DNA from: Ophelia neglecta
Taxonomy: Eukaryota
DNA length: 64,000 nucleotides
NCBI GenBank assembly: GCA_965285935.1
Contig: OZ260661.1
Span: forward strand, 94,922,001 to 94,986,000
Direction: 5' to 3'
Positions 26,301 through 41,300 of the stretch are shown in pieces. The translations under genes and the position numbers were made by a program. Under the pieces are notes generated by a model, which was not told the origin of the DNA, did no database searches, and worked only from the letters and a program-made list of their open reading frames with translations. Position 1 is the first letter of the stretch. The number at the start of each line of letters is the position of its first letter.

Positions 26301-29300
26301 AACCTCAATCTGCAAGTCTTGCATGTGGACATTGTGAATGAGAAATTGGAAGTTATCTTCCCAGGTTGGGTTGTCCGTCTTAGCAACTGGCACAGTCTTC
26401 CTGGTGTCATTGCCAATGGTCACCTTGGCATATGGGCTCGGCTCTCCCAATGACTTCTTGCCCCTCTGTCAGAGAAATTATGGTACAAGTAAGTATTGTT
26501 CTATAGTATACTAAGTATAATTTTATTTAGAACAGTTTGTAACAGCCACATAGGATTCTTAGATAAAGGCTTTTCCCCACAAAAATATATTTTAATAGTA
26601 ATCAATATAACTACACTTGTACAGAAAGAAATAAACAGCTACAAACTCAAAGAGATGATTTTTTATTGGATATTGCCACAGCATATGATATATAGCAAGT
26701 AAGTAAAATGTTTGCTATATATATGGTTCACTGTTTTTAGGCTAGGAAAAATGAAAAACAGAAACAATATAAAAGTTGTAAAAGAAAATTAATATAAAGC
26801 AAATAAGAAGTAACAAGCAGAATCATGCACTGCATGCTCCAGATGCCTCTCTCCCAAATGGCCTCTCTCCCAATAGTTGCTGCAGTTTGCATGTTGACTA
26901 AATAATGCACCCTAGGTTTACTTTCATACATGATCGGGGCTAGGTTTACCAAGGCTTAACAATTAGCTGATCAGTCCCACTTAATCATGGGAAGCAAGCA
27001 TGATTGTGTCAATCCACTCATGATTTTGCCATATAAAATGTTTTACAACTTGGTTAGGTTGTTTTATGCAAGTTAATCTTCATAAAACTGCCTGTGGGGG
27101 GGCGGGTGTCCTAGTTGGACCCATCTATTGAACTAAAGCTCTCTGGTCTTCCTGACTATTTTACTTTTGCAATAGAATTATTTCAATTTGCATGTACTTC
27201 ATTTTCCTACAGAATTTTCTAATATGAACAAATAAAAAGCCCAATACATTAGTAGCTTGAATTTACAAGCAATTTATAATGCAAGAAAAATAGTTAATAG
27301 AACTATTTATATTAACTAAAAGGTTCCTTCCTTTGGAAAGTAAATTACCCACTAAATGTGGGCTTGACTGGCAAGGTGCAGAAAATAGGGTACAAGCACA
27401 CTCAGGAAACTAATGTGGTTGACCAAGTGGTCCGTTGTAACCATTTCTTAAACAATATGCTAAATGGGAGTGACTGATAAAATGCATGTAATGACATGTT
27501 ATCACATATATCCCTGGCCCGCCATGCTTTAGAGCAATGTCTTGCAGCATTCATAACCAGGAGGTGTTGGTGTTTCATATACTGCCTGCACCTTTTCCCT
27601 CTCTACTAGCAAGGAATAAAACATCAGAAATTCTGTCAACTTTTCTCTTGAGTCAACTTTACTGAAAATTGGGATTTTTCAAAGATTTGAGGGTAAACTT
27701 AAAAGACTGGCGGGTCTGGATATCACACAGGAGAGGAGTATAGTTATGGGTTAAGCTTGGCTCCTAATAATGCAAGAATAGGTCAAATAATATAAAAATA
27801 AATCACACTCATATATACATGATAAAAAGCTGTTGATAAGTTATCAAACAGTCCTGAATAGTCCTGCAAGGAATATTAATGAACAAGTATAAGAGGTGGG
27901 GAAAATGTTATAGTTATCCATGTATAGATCATAATAACAACACTATCATTAAAAAATATCAACCAATAGAGGTATTAAGTTGAACATTACTATCAAACAG
28001 AAGATTATTTTGTTTTATTGCTTCTAACCAAACACAGGAGCACATTCAAGTTCTACTGCAACTGTACCCCACCCCTGCAAATAACCCCACTAATATATAT
28101 TGATGAATTTTTAAACAATCTAGTCTGGGACATAAGGTTAATCATTTTTTCATATATGTATATTGAATATAAATATTGATAAATTCCAACAATAGAAAAT
28201 AAGGTAATGCGTAATTTGCCTTAATTAAAAAATGCGCTTTAGATTCTTACTGAGAAGGATACAGACACAATATTCCTGTCTACAAGCTGAAATCACACAT
28301 AGAAAAATAGAGTTTAAAGCCAGTTTAAGCTGAGTATCTACATTGTAATTGTCTCATTTCTTCATTGCAGTCAGTACTTCTAAGTCAATTAATGCCCACT
28401 CATCAGAACAAAGGAAGTTCAGTAGATATCCTCTCCCAAGCCTGCACTAACAAAGGTGGAGAGACCTTTTATTTGACTTCCACTAGCTTGTAGCTTTGAG
28501 AATAAAGTTCTAGAGAGTTTACAATGCAGGAGTAGAAGAGGAAAAAAATGATAGGTCTCAAACTTTAAATCTCCACCAATTATTTTCCTTTTCATCATCT
28601 ATTAATGATTTCCTGGAATTTAATTTTAACATTCTGGACTTCCTATCTCATGCAAATCTAACTGATCTGACACAAACCCATTACCTGATCATGATACCAG
28701 AAAATCACCCAGTATGAATATTGAAATCTTTGTACAGAAACATGAATTTCATGACCATATATAACAGCTGTCAAGTATTGATATTGAAAAAAACTTCTGT
28801 ATCTGAAAAAAGTCAATATAAAAAAGCCAGACAAATTTATTTTAACATCCTGAATGTGAATTGAAACACTTTTCAAGTTTTTTTTATATACAGTCAAAAG
28901 ATAAATAGGTCATGGGATCAGCCACAGCTGTACAAGAGATTCAAAAGAACATTATTAAAGAGAATTCAGGAAATGAATGAATTGTATGTTTAAACCATCA
29001 ATCAAAGTGGTTCTGGGGTTGCTATATAGCAAAATGAAACATTCCATGGTGAATTAAAACTATCAACATGTCTCCTGTGCTGTATGAAATTTAATTTACA
29101 AATTGCACCCGCCAGGAACATTGGATAGAACAAATCTGTTAAAAAATATAATTGCCATGAAGAAAGCCAGTCTTTTGCTTTTCTACAATAACTCATGACA
29201 TGTACATATTAATCATGCTGGTTCTAGTAAGACACCCGTCAAAAACCCCAAGTTGTTTCAGTCAGCAGCTGAATGAAGCAAGCCTAGTAAGGGAGGAGGG

Positions 29301-32300
29301 ATCAATCAACTTACCTGATGCTATAGAAATGTATGAAAATTTTAAATGTTAGCATTCTCCAAGACATGATAACAAAAGCATTGCCAAGTCAATAGCCACA
29401 TTATCAGTATGAAAACACTTATAACAGCCAATAATCATGAATTTTATCTAATCACCACACACTGAAAAACCTTAGAATACCACCCAATACTTATGTACTC
29501 ATGTATTTTACTTAATCACCAAACATAACATGGCATGGGTATATTCAATATGATATTTTCATGAAGTAGTATTAGGATGCACCTAACCGGTCACACTGTG
29601 CTCTGTTATCAATCATAATTGTGCCTCAGTGCAGCAGGGTGTTGTACAAAGATCAGGGTAATTACAGATCAAATACTTGGTAGGTGAAATTACATAGCTT
29701 GACCATCAACAACCTGGGTCGTTAGACACTGCAACATATCCACTTATCATATAGCACACTTCAATGCAAATTTCTCATCATACCGGTAACCAGTTCAGAT
29801 TTGAATGCCACTGGAACACATGAATGCCTCTTGGTACATTAAATGCAAGCTTTATTAATAGCATTCAAATATTCAAAGCTGACATTCTACCACAACTGGG
29901 GAATGTGTTAAAACTAATTTCCTGCCCTTATTAACTGATATCTATCTCTGTTCTGGGCAGAATATCTTTATTTATTCCAAAACACTGAACAAGTTAAAGA
30001 TGAAAATATCATTTGAATAACAGTTGATATTGGGCAATTTTGTCTTTATAGTGCAAACAAAATAATGTGGAATTTCTTTGCAAGAGTTCACTTGCTGCCC
30101 TGATGTATCTCTTTACTTGAGAGACACAATTGGAAATTGAACATTATCTTAATGCTATCAAAATAAAATAAAAAGCAACAACTTTTACCATGCAATTTAT
30201 CAATACTTAAATCAGGTTTCATCTCATTATTCTACACCATAACATGGACTTGTATGTTTAAGTACTCTAAATTGATATTCATTCAAAAAGTTTAACCTTT
30301 ACTATCAGTGATACATTTTGTATGTGTGGGATGCATTAAAAACATAAAATTAACAAAATAATACACACATACATATATGCATTATTAATTTGGATCTACA
30401 AGTTGTATATGCATGCAAAATCAACATATTATTATTCACTAAGTACAAGCTACACACTCACATAATTCTTGTAAACTTAAGACGCTTAAACAAATGTTAG
30501 AATTTGAGAGTTTAACTCAGCAGAAATATAATACAATAAACTGTCCCAGTTACCCGTGTACATGAAAAGTGACTATCTTTCTACCAAGAGTGTATCCCAG
30601 TACAGTGGTCCCTGCAATATAGGGCCACTTCTCAATCCCAGGAAAAGTGGCTCTACATTGCAGGTGGCCCTTCATCGGAGGTATATTAACATGGAAAAGA
30701 TAGGAATTCAAAAACTGTCCAGCCATCGGAGGTGGCCCTTCATCAGAGGGGCCCTACATCGCAGGGACCACTGTATACATGTATACAAATTGAGAGAAAC
30801 CAAGCAACACTGACCGGCAGGTTTTTAGCTGAATCTACATTGATCATGAGCAGTGCAGTGGACAAGGTGTCCTCAGAGCCGGTCGTCATGGTCTCCTTGC
30901 TGTTCCTTTTGGCAGCCTGAAAATATGAATCCAATCAGAATTACATTACAACCAAAAGGTTATTTCAAAAGAGTAAATATGGTTCAATATACTACTTTGC
31001 GTGTCTAAAAGTAAATATCAGAATCATATCAAACCAAATAAATATACAAAATACAAATCTCTATATGCCCGTTGAAGATATTCTTAGTGATGTGGTAGTA
31101 GAAATAATTAATAATAAATGGTTGGGTGCTAGTATTGAAAATGAGAGGAAAAAGGTTAGCCTGACTTCAGATGAATGTCATTTACAAGCGATTTAAATAT
31201 GAACAAAAATAAAAACATTGGTGAAAAGCATAAAAAACTTAAAATACAACTTAACCAACAGCAAACTATCCCTGTCATTCAATAAATTGGAATGACTCCA
31301 TTCATATAAATGTGGAATATTCCCTAAAAGTACATGGTGTGTTATTGGTGTATTTGTACAGTTGAGGTAAGTATCAACATTATATGGAGAATCTCAACTT
31401 TAAATCATGCCACTCCAATTAATATGTCGTAAAACTGTGTAGGGTAAACATGTAGATGGCAAAATTCTAATCTAATTTTACTTATTTCACTAAAAATTTA
31501 TTGAGTTGAACAACTTGTTTGACTAAATAATTAGTGGGTTGAGCAGTGTTGCCATTTACAGATGGTCTGAAAATATCTAAGTCATTGCAGGGAATTAAAT
31601 GTGGTAAGGCACGGGAACAGCATGTGATATGGCCATGCATCCACACAGCTTTGGATAGCCAGTCTAAACTCTAGCAAACCTATAAGTTTTTGATATTTTA
31701 CCAAGAAATTAACTGGTAAACTTCGACCTGAGGGGGTGGGAGATTTATTAATCCTTCTCCTTGTCTCCCTGGGAGTGCTAAAATGCACTTCCTTACAATA
31801 GCGGGGAACAGCTGCCAAAAACTCTACACATTTTGGCATTACCTGCAATGTTAATTAATGCTGTGATGTCTTAGGCGATTTATTCATTTATCAGTAAGTT
31901 GTTAGCTTTATTTCTTACAATTATTAGTAGAATATGGGTAATTTTATAGGGGGAGGGGGAGACAACACTGAGCAGGTCATGGAGCATTCATGTATCAAAC
32001 ATCTTCTGTTTCCTCCGGTCAGGTAATGTTACCAGTACCTTAAATACTAGGGTAACTTTTAACTGCAGTGATGTTCTCTCTTGTACTTAATCATTTATTA
32101 CACATTAGTATCAATATTTAATACTACATGTAAATGTAAGTGTTAATTTACAAAAGCTGTCTGCAAAATCTCAAAGAAAACCTAAACTTAGTGGGTGCTT
32201 CTTAACCACATTCCTAAGTGATATTTACAGTTTTATCTAGGCAAAAAATCACTCTCCTTATCATTCAATTTGTTTGTTTTTCTTTCAAAATTAGAAGCAT

Positions 32301-35300
32301 ATACACTGTATTTAATATATGTATGAGAACCCAAATCTCATAGCAAGGCTATAATACAGAGTAGAGGCAGAACCACAACGTGGATTTAAAACAACAAACA
32401 ACAGGAACAAATAGACCATTATAACCGATTGACCGAATCCAAAAAAAAAATCATTTTTGTTCATAGAAAATGTTAAAAAACAATTAAAAGGCAGTTCTAA
32501 TTAAGTAAACCTTGACCCATGCTGTTAGCATGAGCGTGACTTACACCAATGTTAAAGTCGGTACTGATGCGTGCTTTACGCAATCTTTCTTCCTATAGTG
32601 AGGAGCAAATGAATGCAGAACATATTTTAATACTAATAAAAAAACACTGATAGACAATGATGAAAGTAAACAGATAAAACACAGTGAATACATTTAAGAC
32701 TTATCACATTAAGTACAACAGAAAAAATTGCTGTGCAGATGAGAAAAGCCAATTTTCAAAAGTTTTGAAATCTAAAATTGCAACCATCATAAACATCTGT
32801 ATTTTGTCCATCATGTGTATGTATACATACATATACAAATCAATAGCATGCTGCAATATGCCTTTCACTGGGCGATGACCAATGCAGAAGCTACAAAGCG
32901 ATTTTGGTGCACACATGCCTCACTGCCGCCGTCAGTTTTATTCAAACTTACATCAAACTTAACATTACCTCCGCTACATCAATTGACTGTCAATAATATC
33001 AACATATGCATATCTTCATAAGAGATTTGTCTCTATGAATGTAGCTCAACTGAATGTCACTCGAGTTAACGCCAAAATGCTTGAGTACTAAAAGGCATTT
33101 ATATTTAAAATATAAAGACTTAATTTATGAAGATCCATAAATAAGGCATAAAAAGAGTATTGCGAAGATGAGAGTTTTATAGGACTGTATGGCGAATAAT
33201 CTGCTGTTTCAAAATTAAAACTTATTAAAATGTTTCTTCCAAAAAGTGACACAATACTGTTATTTCAACATGAGTTTGCCCGGCAAATCATGAAGTGTTG
33301 TACGACAAGTAAGAACATTATTTCAGTCTTCTGGATTTTAAGAAAAATCACAATAAATATTTCAGAACATTACTGGCATATTTCTGTGAACCCATCTATT
33401 AGTCTTGCATTGTAAAAGCATGTAAACAAATTAGTCTTGCACCTGTAGTCATATATTACTAAAACTATGGTAAAAGGAAGAGGTCAGATCTAAGCATGGT
33501 AATTACACACAACACAGATGCAGATTTAGGCTAAAAAATGAAATGTTACCAATTGGCACATTCTTATAAAAACACAGAATAACAACATGAATTACATTTA
33601 GAAATACCAATAAAAAGCATAGTTTTATACTGTCACCCACTAGAGAGATTAAGCTGGGAAGGCTAAAAGCAAATTGTTTTATATTAAAATGCACAGAAAC
33701 TGAGAAAAGAATATTTTCACAATACATTTTTAGATGCAGCCACACTAGTACTTGACTGAAAAGCTTAGACCAGAATGGTCTTGGCTGAAAAACTGAACTG
33801 AAACCTCAAGCTCACAGTTATGCAGCCTGGGTAGATTTCTGCCAGATAAATTGTTTATATTTGCTTTGTTACTAAACCATACACGTGCAGTGCTCACATT
33901 AAAGTGTGCATGGCGCAAATCATTGAAATAATTTGAATAACATGAAGCAAGACACTATTAGCAATACTCATCCAATGCATTACAATATACACAGCAGGTA
34001 GGAATTTAAATTATGTTTACATGTCATATGACAATTGAAATATTTTCACCAGCTGAGACATCAATCAATATTTTCATTTTATCGTAAAACAAAATGGTGC
34101 AACAAATGGTTTCAATTGTTTGTATCATGGATATCAACAAACATAAAAATATGAATAATATCATGGCCGTCATTTTTACCACTATCATTTTACATCTGTT
34201 TGGAATATTCAGCCATAAAGTACAAGTATTACGAATAACTGTCCACAAGACAGTAGAAGTGGCCTACCTTTTCTAAGTCTTCAGGGTCATTGCTGAGATG
34301 AAGCCAAAGGGCTCTGACGTGAATCATTCCTGTACTAATGTTCTCAAGAGGCAGCCACTAAAGACCATATAATATATGGTTAACAAAGATTTTATTGAAA
34401 ACAATGCCATATGATATATGGGTGACAGTTTAAAATCCAATTATCTTAAATCATAATAAAACAGTGATTAAGTCACTTTTAAAACTTACAGAATCCATGG
34501 ATCCACTCTTGACCACAGTCGCGAGATCAATACTGGCTCTGAAAATAATGATAAGAAGCAATACAGAATATCATTGTAGGACTTGTTAACTTTTCTGCTA
34601 GTGCAATAATATTACTATCATTATGTGTAGGTATTTCCCGGCATAACCTATGGTAATATTATCAAACTAAAAGCACTGTCTGGGAGCGTACACTGTTAGG
34701 GAAATTACCATAAGAAACTGGAAAACTATTGAAAACAATTACCTTAGGGGTTTATTTTCAGTCATGTGACAGGGTTATTGCTAGGTATTGTTAAACATGC
34801 ATTTTGGCTAACTGTATGTTATAACACAGCTGTACACTGTACACCTATTCCCATACTATGATATTGCAGGCAACTGTGGTATACGCATTCTTACCATTAA
34901 ATTTACATTATATTTACTTACTGAAACTAACAAAAATGAGCCCGAGTATGGTGTATTAAGAAAATAATAGGTATGGATCATATTTATGAGCATGGAGCCT
35001 TACGTTCCCAGCTCATCATCGTCTCCAGGATCTTGGTCAAGACACTCCAACTCAACAAACTGACCATGCTGCTGGTCAACCACAGCCTCATAGTACTGGT
35101 TCCATACAGGGTTGACAGTGTCACTGATCACCTTCGTCTTAAACGTCTGGGCTCCGACTGCAAGGGTTAAAATCAGGATAGAAATAAGGTGGAAAACCAG
35201 CAGTTTGACATGGAATGTCTGGCAAGTGTGGACCAAAGCGTTTGGACTATCAGAGAGAAGTCAATACATAGGAGAGTTGGTGCATGGCCTGTTACATGCA

Positions 35301-38300
35301 TAAAATGAGTCAAAGAATCAATATGACATTGAAAAAGAGATGAAGGTCAAATTCAAGGTTTTCGTGAAAAAAGAGATTGATGTCACATTCAAGTTCATTA
35401 TTAGATTCTGAGTATATGACTTCCTATTAGTACTGATACATGTAGTCAATTTATATTCAGCAACATAAAGATTGAATCAAGCAAAATACGACATTTGGAT
35501 GACTGTGGTTGCGATATGCCTTTTTACATGTTCTTCATATACATGTACAATCCCATGGCAAGCTATACACAATAATAAAGTGATACTGCCAAGAACTGTT
35601 CCTTATAACACATGATTCATAAATATTAAAAGTGGATATAATATAATGGACATGTGTTTATAATTGATTCATAGAACAAAGTACAATAATTTGATATCTA
35701 GGAAATAGTCAAAATCATCATGCTAAGTACATATCCTGGTAAAACCGTGTACTTACCATAAACCTTCACATAGGGGTCTGATTTGCCTTTTCCAAACACA
35801 TTTACATCAGCTTTCTTCATCTCACGAGCAGCAACAATGTGTAAACGAATGACACCCTTAAACACACAATTAAAAAAATGAATATTCAATAGAATTTAAT
35901 GCCTGTCATTACATCTAAACATTAAAACACTCATCATAGCATTATGCATAGCCAAGGTTCTACACTGCAAACCTGAATATTCAAAAACTCAAGTGCATGA
36001 GTGCACCTTATTCACAATTTTTTTTTTGTATAACAGGGACTCAAATAAAGAGCACAAAAGTTTTGTGCAGCACTAGATTATACAGGCATCTGTCGATAAT
36101 CGCAAATATTACATGCGCAGAAATTTTGCCTTGCCCAGAAAATTTCATGTTTGATAGTACATTAGCACAAGAAGTTTTTTTCTTATTCAACATACTACAT
36201 GTAAAATATGAAACTTTCATGACATCATATTTTACCAGAATCAAGTACATTTAATTTTAGCAGTCATTTCATTTCCACAATCACTGAGAATCGCAAATGG
36301 ATAATAACAGGGCATAAACCTATCTCTGTTACTTATTTTGGTAACTCCTGCCTAGGAGAACTTTGCAAAAAGTACATGTACAATGCATGAAAATAGTCAT
36401 GTATAACAATGCCTATAGCAAATTCCTACACCTTAAAATAAATAATGCTATTACTATAATATTATTGAAATCACTTTTGAAATACATTTGTACAAAAATA
36501 ATAAGCTGAATTTACCAGAAATAGATAAATACTTCAATAAAATTGATCTGGTTACTTACTGCAGGGGTTGGGTATTTCAGAGCTGTCAGGTCCAAGTTTT
36601 GAGCCAGCTTGACGGGGATCTTGTTGGGTAGTACCATATAGTAAGCAATCTGATCCTCAACAATTGTCCGCAGGGAGTTACTACAGACATAAGAAAATAG
36701 AGAATTAATTCTGAATAATGGTGGCATGATTCAAAACTATCAGTCTGGCAGTGAGTCTGCCTCATAATAACCATATAACATTTAATATTCATTTTTGGCA
36801 CAAGAAAGTCTTTGTTGCTAAAAATTACCTCAATAGTGGTAGGTCCAACAAATTTGCCGTTTTTGTCAGATCAAAGTCCACTGTCTGAGAAGAGTGAGAA
36901 AACCAAATATCATTTCAACATTCATTCCTTAACACTACACAATTATGCATAAATTGAAGAGAAATCAAATGTTTTTTCTCACTGGCTGATTAAGGAAGAA
37001 CACATTAATTCCTCCAATTATAGGCATGACCTTCACCAAAGGTTTCATCACCACACGGATAGTGCCATGGATCTTAAACGAAACAAAATCCACAACTGAG
37101 TTCACTGAGCGTTCTACACAACTTATACGTAACAAATATGAATTGCAGACATTCTTTAATCAGTCCAGAATATACATTAGGCTACTAACTGTAAGATCTT
37201 TGATTCCTGCATTGATTCCACGTACAGCCACCGATATTTGAGAATCACTGGCATAGCTGTAAACAAACACAAACGTTCTCAATGACAGTCGAGAACTTAA
37301 TTTTAATCGGAAAAGAATATGATATAATTTCAACTGAATAGTAATAATATAAAAGATTATAGAAAACTATTATATAGTACCATAATGTATCTTTTTCAAG
37401 ATACACAACTACTGTCAAAACTAATAAAGGAATTAATTATCATATATTTGTCAGTGCATCTCTATATCTACATAAATGTATCCCTGCTATTGATATGAAA
37501 GACTCATAAATGCATTAACAGAAAAAAAAGTATTTAAAGGTCTTACAAGATCTCCATATCCATGATAATTTCATCTCTTCTGACATTCTCAGTGTAAACT
37601 TTAACACCGCCAACTCTTGGAGGCTGGAAGTTAAAAACAAATTGATCTAGTTTGTAACCTGTGTCAGACACCACTGGTTTAACCATGGTAACTGGCAGAC
37701 GCATTCTCTTGTATTATCATGTTTATTCCATATTTTTGCTCATGAAAAAATGAAAGAAACATAATGCAACACAAGATGCTGTTAAATAAGGGAGGGGGGG
37801 GGGCAGCTCTGCCTTATTTTGGACCCGTAAGCATATTTACAGACGCATATTTTTACCAGTAATGTACACTGTCATGAGCCAGAAAATTAATGCCCACACC
37901 TTTATAAGCACTTGAATGTCCAAGAACTTTTAACTAGCAGAACCTTTCTTAATACCACTTTGACCTTGAAGTGAGGACAGGATCAATCAAATGGCAGACT
38001 GGGCTAGGCAGTGACAAAATTGACTTTAAATCAGTCGAAAAATGATCGAAATAGGATCTTTGAATATTTTGAACTACCACATTGATTATTGCTAGTATAA
38101 AGACACATATCACTCTGCCAAATTCAATAAAATCAATAGAAAAATCACTAGATTGTGCAGATATATGCCAACACACTAACCTGACCAATCACATAAACTT
38201 TAATTTAACTTGTAAACTTTCGTTCCCTTTTGGGGGAGGGAGGGGGGGGGGGCAATAAAGTCAGTGGAACTACAATTATGGGTACAGGATGCCTTATTTT

Positions 38301-41300
38301 ATGACTGACCTCAATTTAAGGTAAATATTAATTCACATGTTTTGTGGTGCATGCTGTAGAAATATCATGAAACCTCTGCAGGTTTTCTGCTTAAACAGTC
38401 TTAATACTAGAGGCCTTTTAAAGCAGAGAAATATATACTTTTCAGTCAGTGTTATTTTACCTGAAAGAACCAGTGACCTATAACTGTCTATAATTAGTGA
38501 TTTATTGCATTTGGCAGTTGTAGATAATGTACTTCAGGCTAGATATGGGCCACTTTCAATGCACTGCACACTGTCAAGGTAAAATTATTCATCACTCCAG
38601 GCGTATGGTTCAGGTATGGTATCACAAGCGAGATAAATATGCCAACCACAGGGGCATAAAACCATGTTTTAGAACTGTGCACTGTATACAAATATTCAAT
38701 ACCTTTATCTGGCTGTAAGCCAGGAATGGCATTTTGCCTAACATAAAGATAAATTCTACTGGGCTTTGTCTGTAGTAAAAAACATATACATGTACTTACA
38801 ACATCTCCCAAGTCAATCTTCTCAAACTTAAATGGTCTTAGGGAGTTTGGTAGACTCTGCTGAATACTAGGCTCAACGGTAGACACGAGAAGCTCCTGCA
38901 CATAGCCCCCTATATAAGGCCACATTTGTTTCAGGGCCTATATTAATAAAAGGCAATGTTGGATCAAACATTAACAATCATTTACAAAAGAACATTTATT
39001 TCATTCATATAAAAATATTTTATCTCAGATATATTTAAGAAGTCACACAGTATTTCACACAAATGATGGGTATAAGCAAATGGGAACATATGATGTCAGA
39101 GATTCTGGTGGGAGTATGGGTTCCGTAATTAGATACAAGATAAATAAACAAAGGACTTGACTCTTGTTTTCAAAGGTACAATTCCAGTGCAAAATCAACA
39201 CTTGTTTCTGGCTGAGTATCAATTCCTTTACAAACACTCTAGGTATTCTTGCTGTTGCCTGAGGTGTGTTTGTTTTCTTTTCAGAGCTACATACAATGAA
39301 CTGATAAAATCAGCTCAGCCCTGAATAAGATAACACTCGACGAGAGGAAATAGCATATTTTAGGGTTGATCGTGTATGCATGAACCATTTTTATTTCATT
39401 GTGCACGTGTGACCCAGTTAGTCAATGGTTTCATTGCCACAGCAACGATAGGTGTGAAAACTGCACCGGGACGAGACACCACATGAAAGCTAACACAGTT
39501 ATGATGGATCATCTGATGTAATATGTTAGTTTGAAGTTAAGTAACAAGATAAAAAAAACATAGATACAACCGATTAAAAGACAAACAATAAGGATGCTTA
39601 TTTTACGCTTTTATTGAATTGGAAACAAAAAGAAGCATTTACGATAAATATATAATGGTTCCCCAGGGCACAATTTAATTAAACACTTGGTTTTCCTCTG
39701 CTACTGTTGAGCATTCCTACAGGCTAGTTGAAAATTCACTGGTCTAGAATCATAAAATTTTATTCTTCGCAGCCATTTTGTTTTTCCAAATGAGCCCAAA
39801 ATCTTTTCAGGTCAGTGAAAATGTCCTTCCAAGACTCCCATGAAGTTCTGAAATTTCCCCAACAATGGTTCAAGGGATATTGCATCCCAAACAAATCTTG
39901 ACTGACACATTCTGGTGGCAATCTTGTTTTTTGAAAGTGAGCAAAGCGAACTGGTCTTTCCAGTGAGTACTGCTACAATCTAATCAAAATAATGCTTAGT
40001 ATCAAGATACACCCATATCCTTACCATAAATCATTCACATAAAAGACTAAATATATATGTATATATATTTATATATATCTTATCAATACTTAGCTTAAAG
40101 TGGTGTTTTGATGAGTGACAAAATAATAAAACCCTCAATTAACAACTATTTATTGGCCACACAATAATTATTCAGCTCAGCATGTTCAGTGCCTTATCAG
40201 TATAGTGTAATTCATAGTTATTTACTAGTAGAGATAAAACAAGGGCCCATGGCCTCCACGTAACCCCACCACCACACCCTCTTTGTAAGCAGACATGTCC
40301 CTAAAACATTTGATTCAGTTGAAAACTTATTAATTATGATGAACACTGTTTCACAGTACTGCATCCAAAGAACAAGTTCAAATGGTCATAACCTGCCTGT
40401 TTAGGAGACCTGATCAAGAAACAAAGTGATAAAAACTAGTCCAGCATAGCACTTAAAGTAGGTCAAAGTACAATTACCCCAAAAGGCATATCTAGGGCCC
40501 CTGTGGATCTTTCATGTGTTTTATGATTGCAATCAATTCTGTAGTTTTGGAGGTCTGCTCCGGAAACAAAGTATTGTCATTGTGCTAATTAGCCAGATAT
40601 AGGTTAATTCAGGTTTTTCATATGTCGAGTAAAAGTTTCAAAGTAACTTACCGTATTTCCTCTTTTTTTACGTCGGCTAATTAATTAATTATCAATTTAC
40701 TTCGTCGAATAATAAGAGGGAATAATAAAATTATTGATTCACAGAGTTGGTGGTCGTCGTATATTAAGAGGGGTCGCAAAAATCCTAGATACTGACAGGT
40801 CAAACTCGCCATTGTGACGCCATTTTCGATGTAATTTAACACATGTATACACAGTTAGTACTCGAAAGCAACAAATACTGTGTTTAATGCCCCAAATAGA
40901 AATATCCTAGGCCTAATATTACCAGCAAAACACATGGTTACGCACGATAATTGGCCTGTACCACATCGGCGTGATATCCTGTGGGCGCCGCCATCTTGGA
41001 TATCATTAGGTGGCTCTAACTGTATAGGCTTAGTTTCGTATATATTTTCCGATTGTGCACATACATACTTTGGAGTTTGCGAACAGCCCTCCATTCAGAG
41101 AAATATGCATCCAATTGGATAAAACCCAATGAAGTTTAGATCAGTCTACCATAAAAAAATTGAAATTTTGATTACGAATCCCGGCGATCTCTGAGTCGGC
41201 CGGCCCTGGGCGATGGTTTGAACACACGTGCTCATCGAGTTAGCTCACACAGCAGGTTGCACGAGGCCCCCGAAGGACGCCCCACGTTCTGCCGACAATT

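Noticed and set aside
28658-28897. ORF with an acceptor and a GTAATG donor in an ESYT intron
   Set aside because: The open frame is incompatible with the phase-0 intron and the peptide looks like translated AT-rich intron.
30462-30484. 14- or 23-nt exon-like segment with a GTGAGT donor in an ESYT intron
   Set aside because: Neither length preserves frame and no partner exon was found.
35158-35756. TTTTAAC close to the acceptor suggested a second U12 intron
   Set aside because: The donor is GTAAGT (U2 type), not RTATCCTT.
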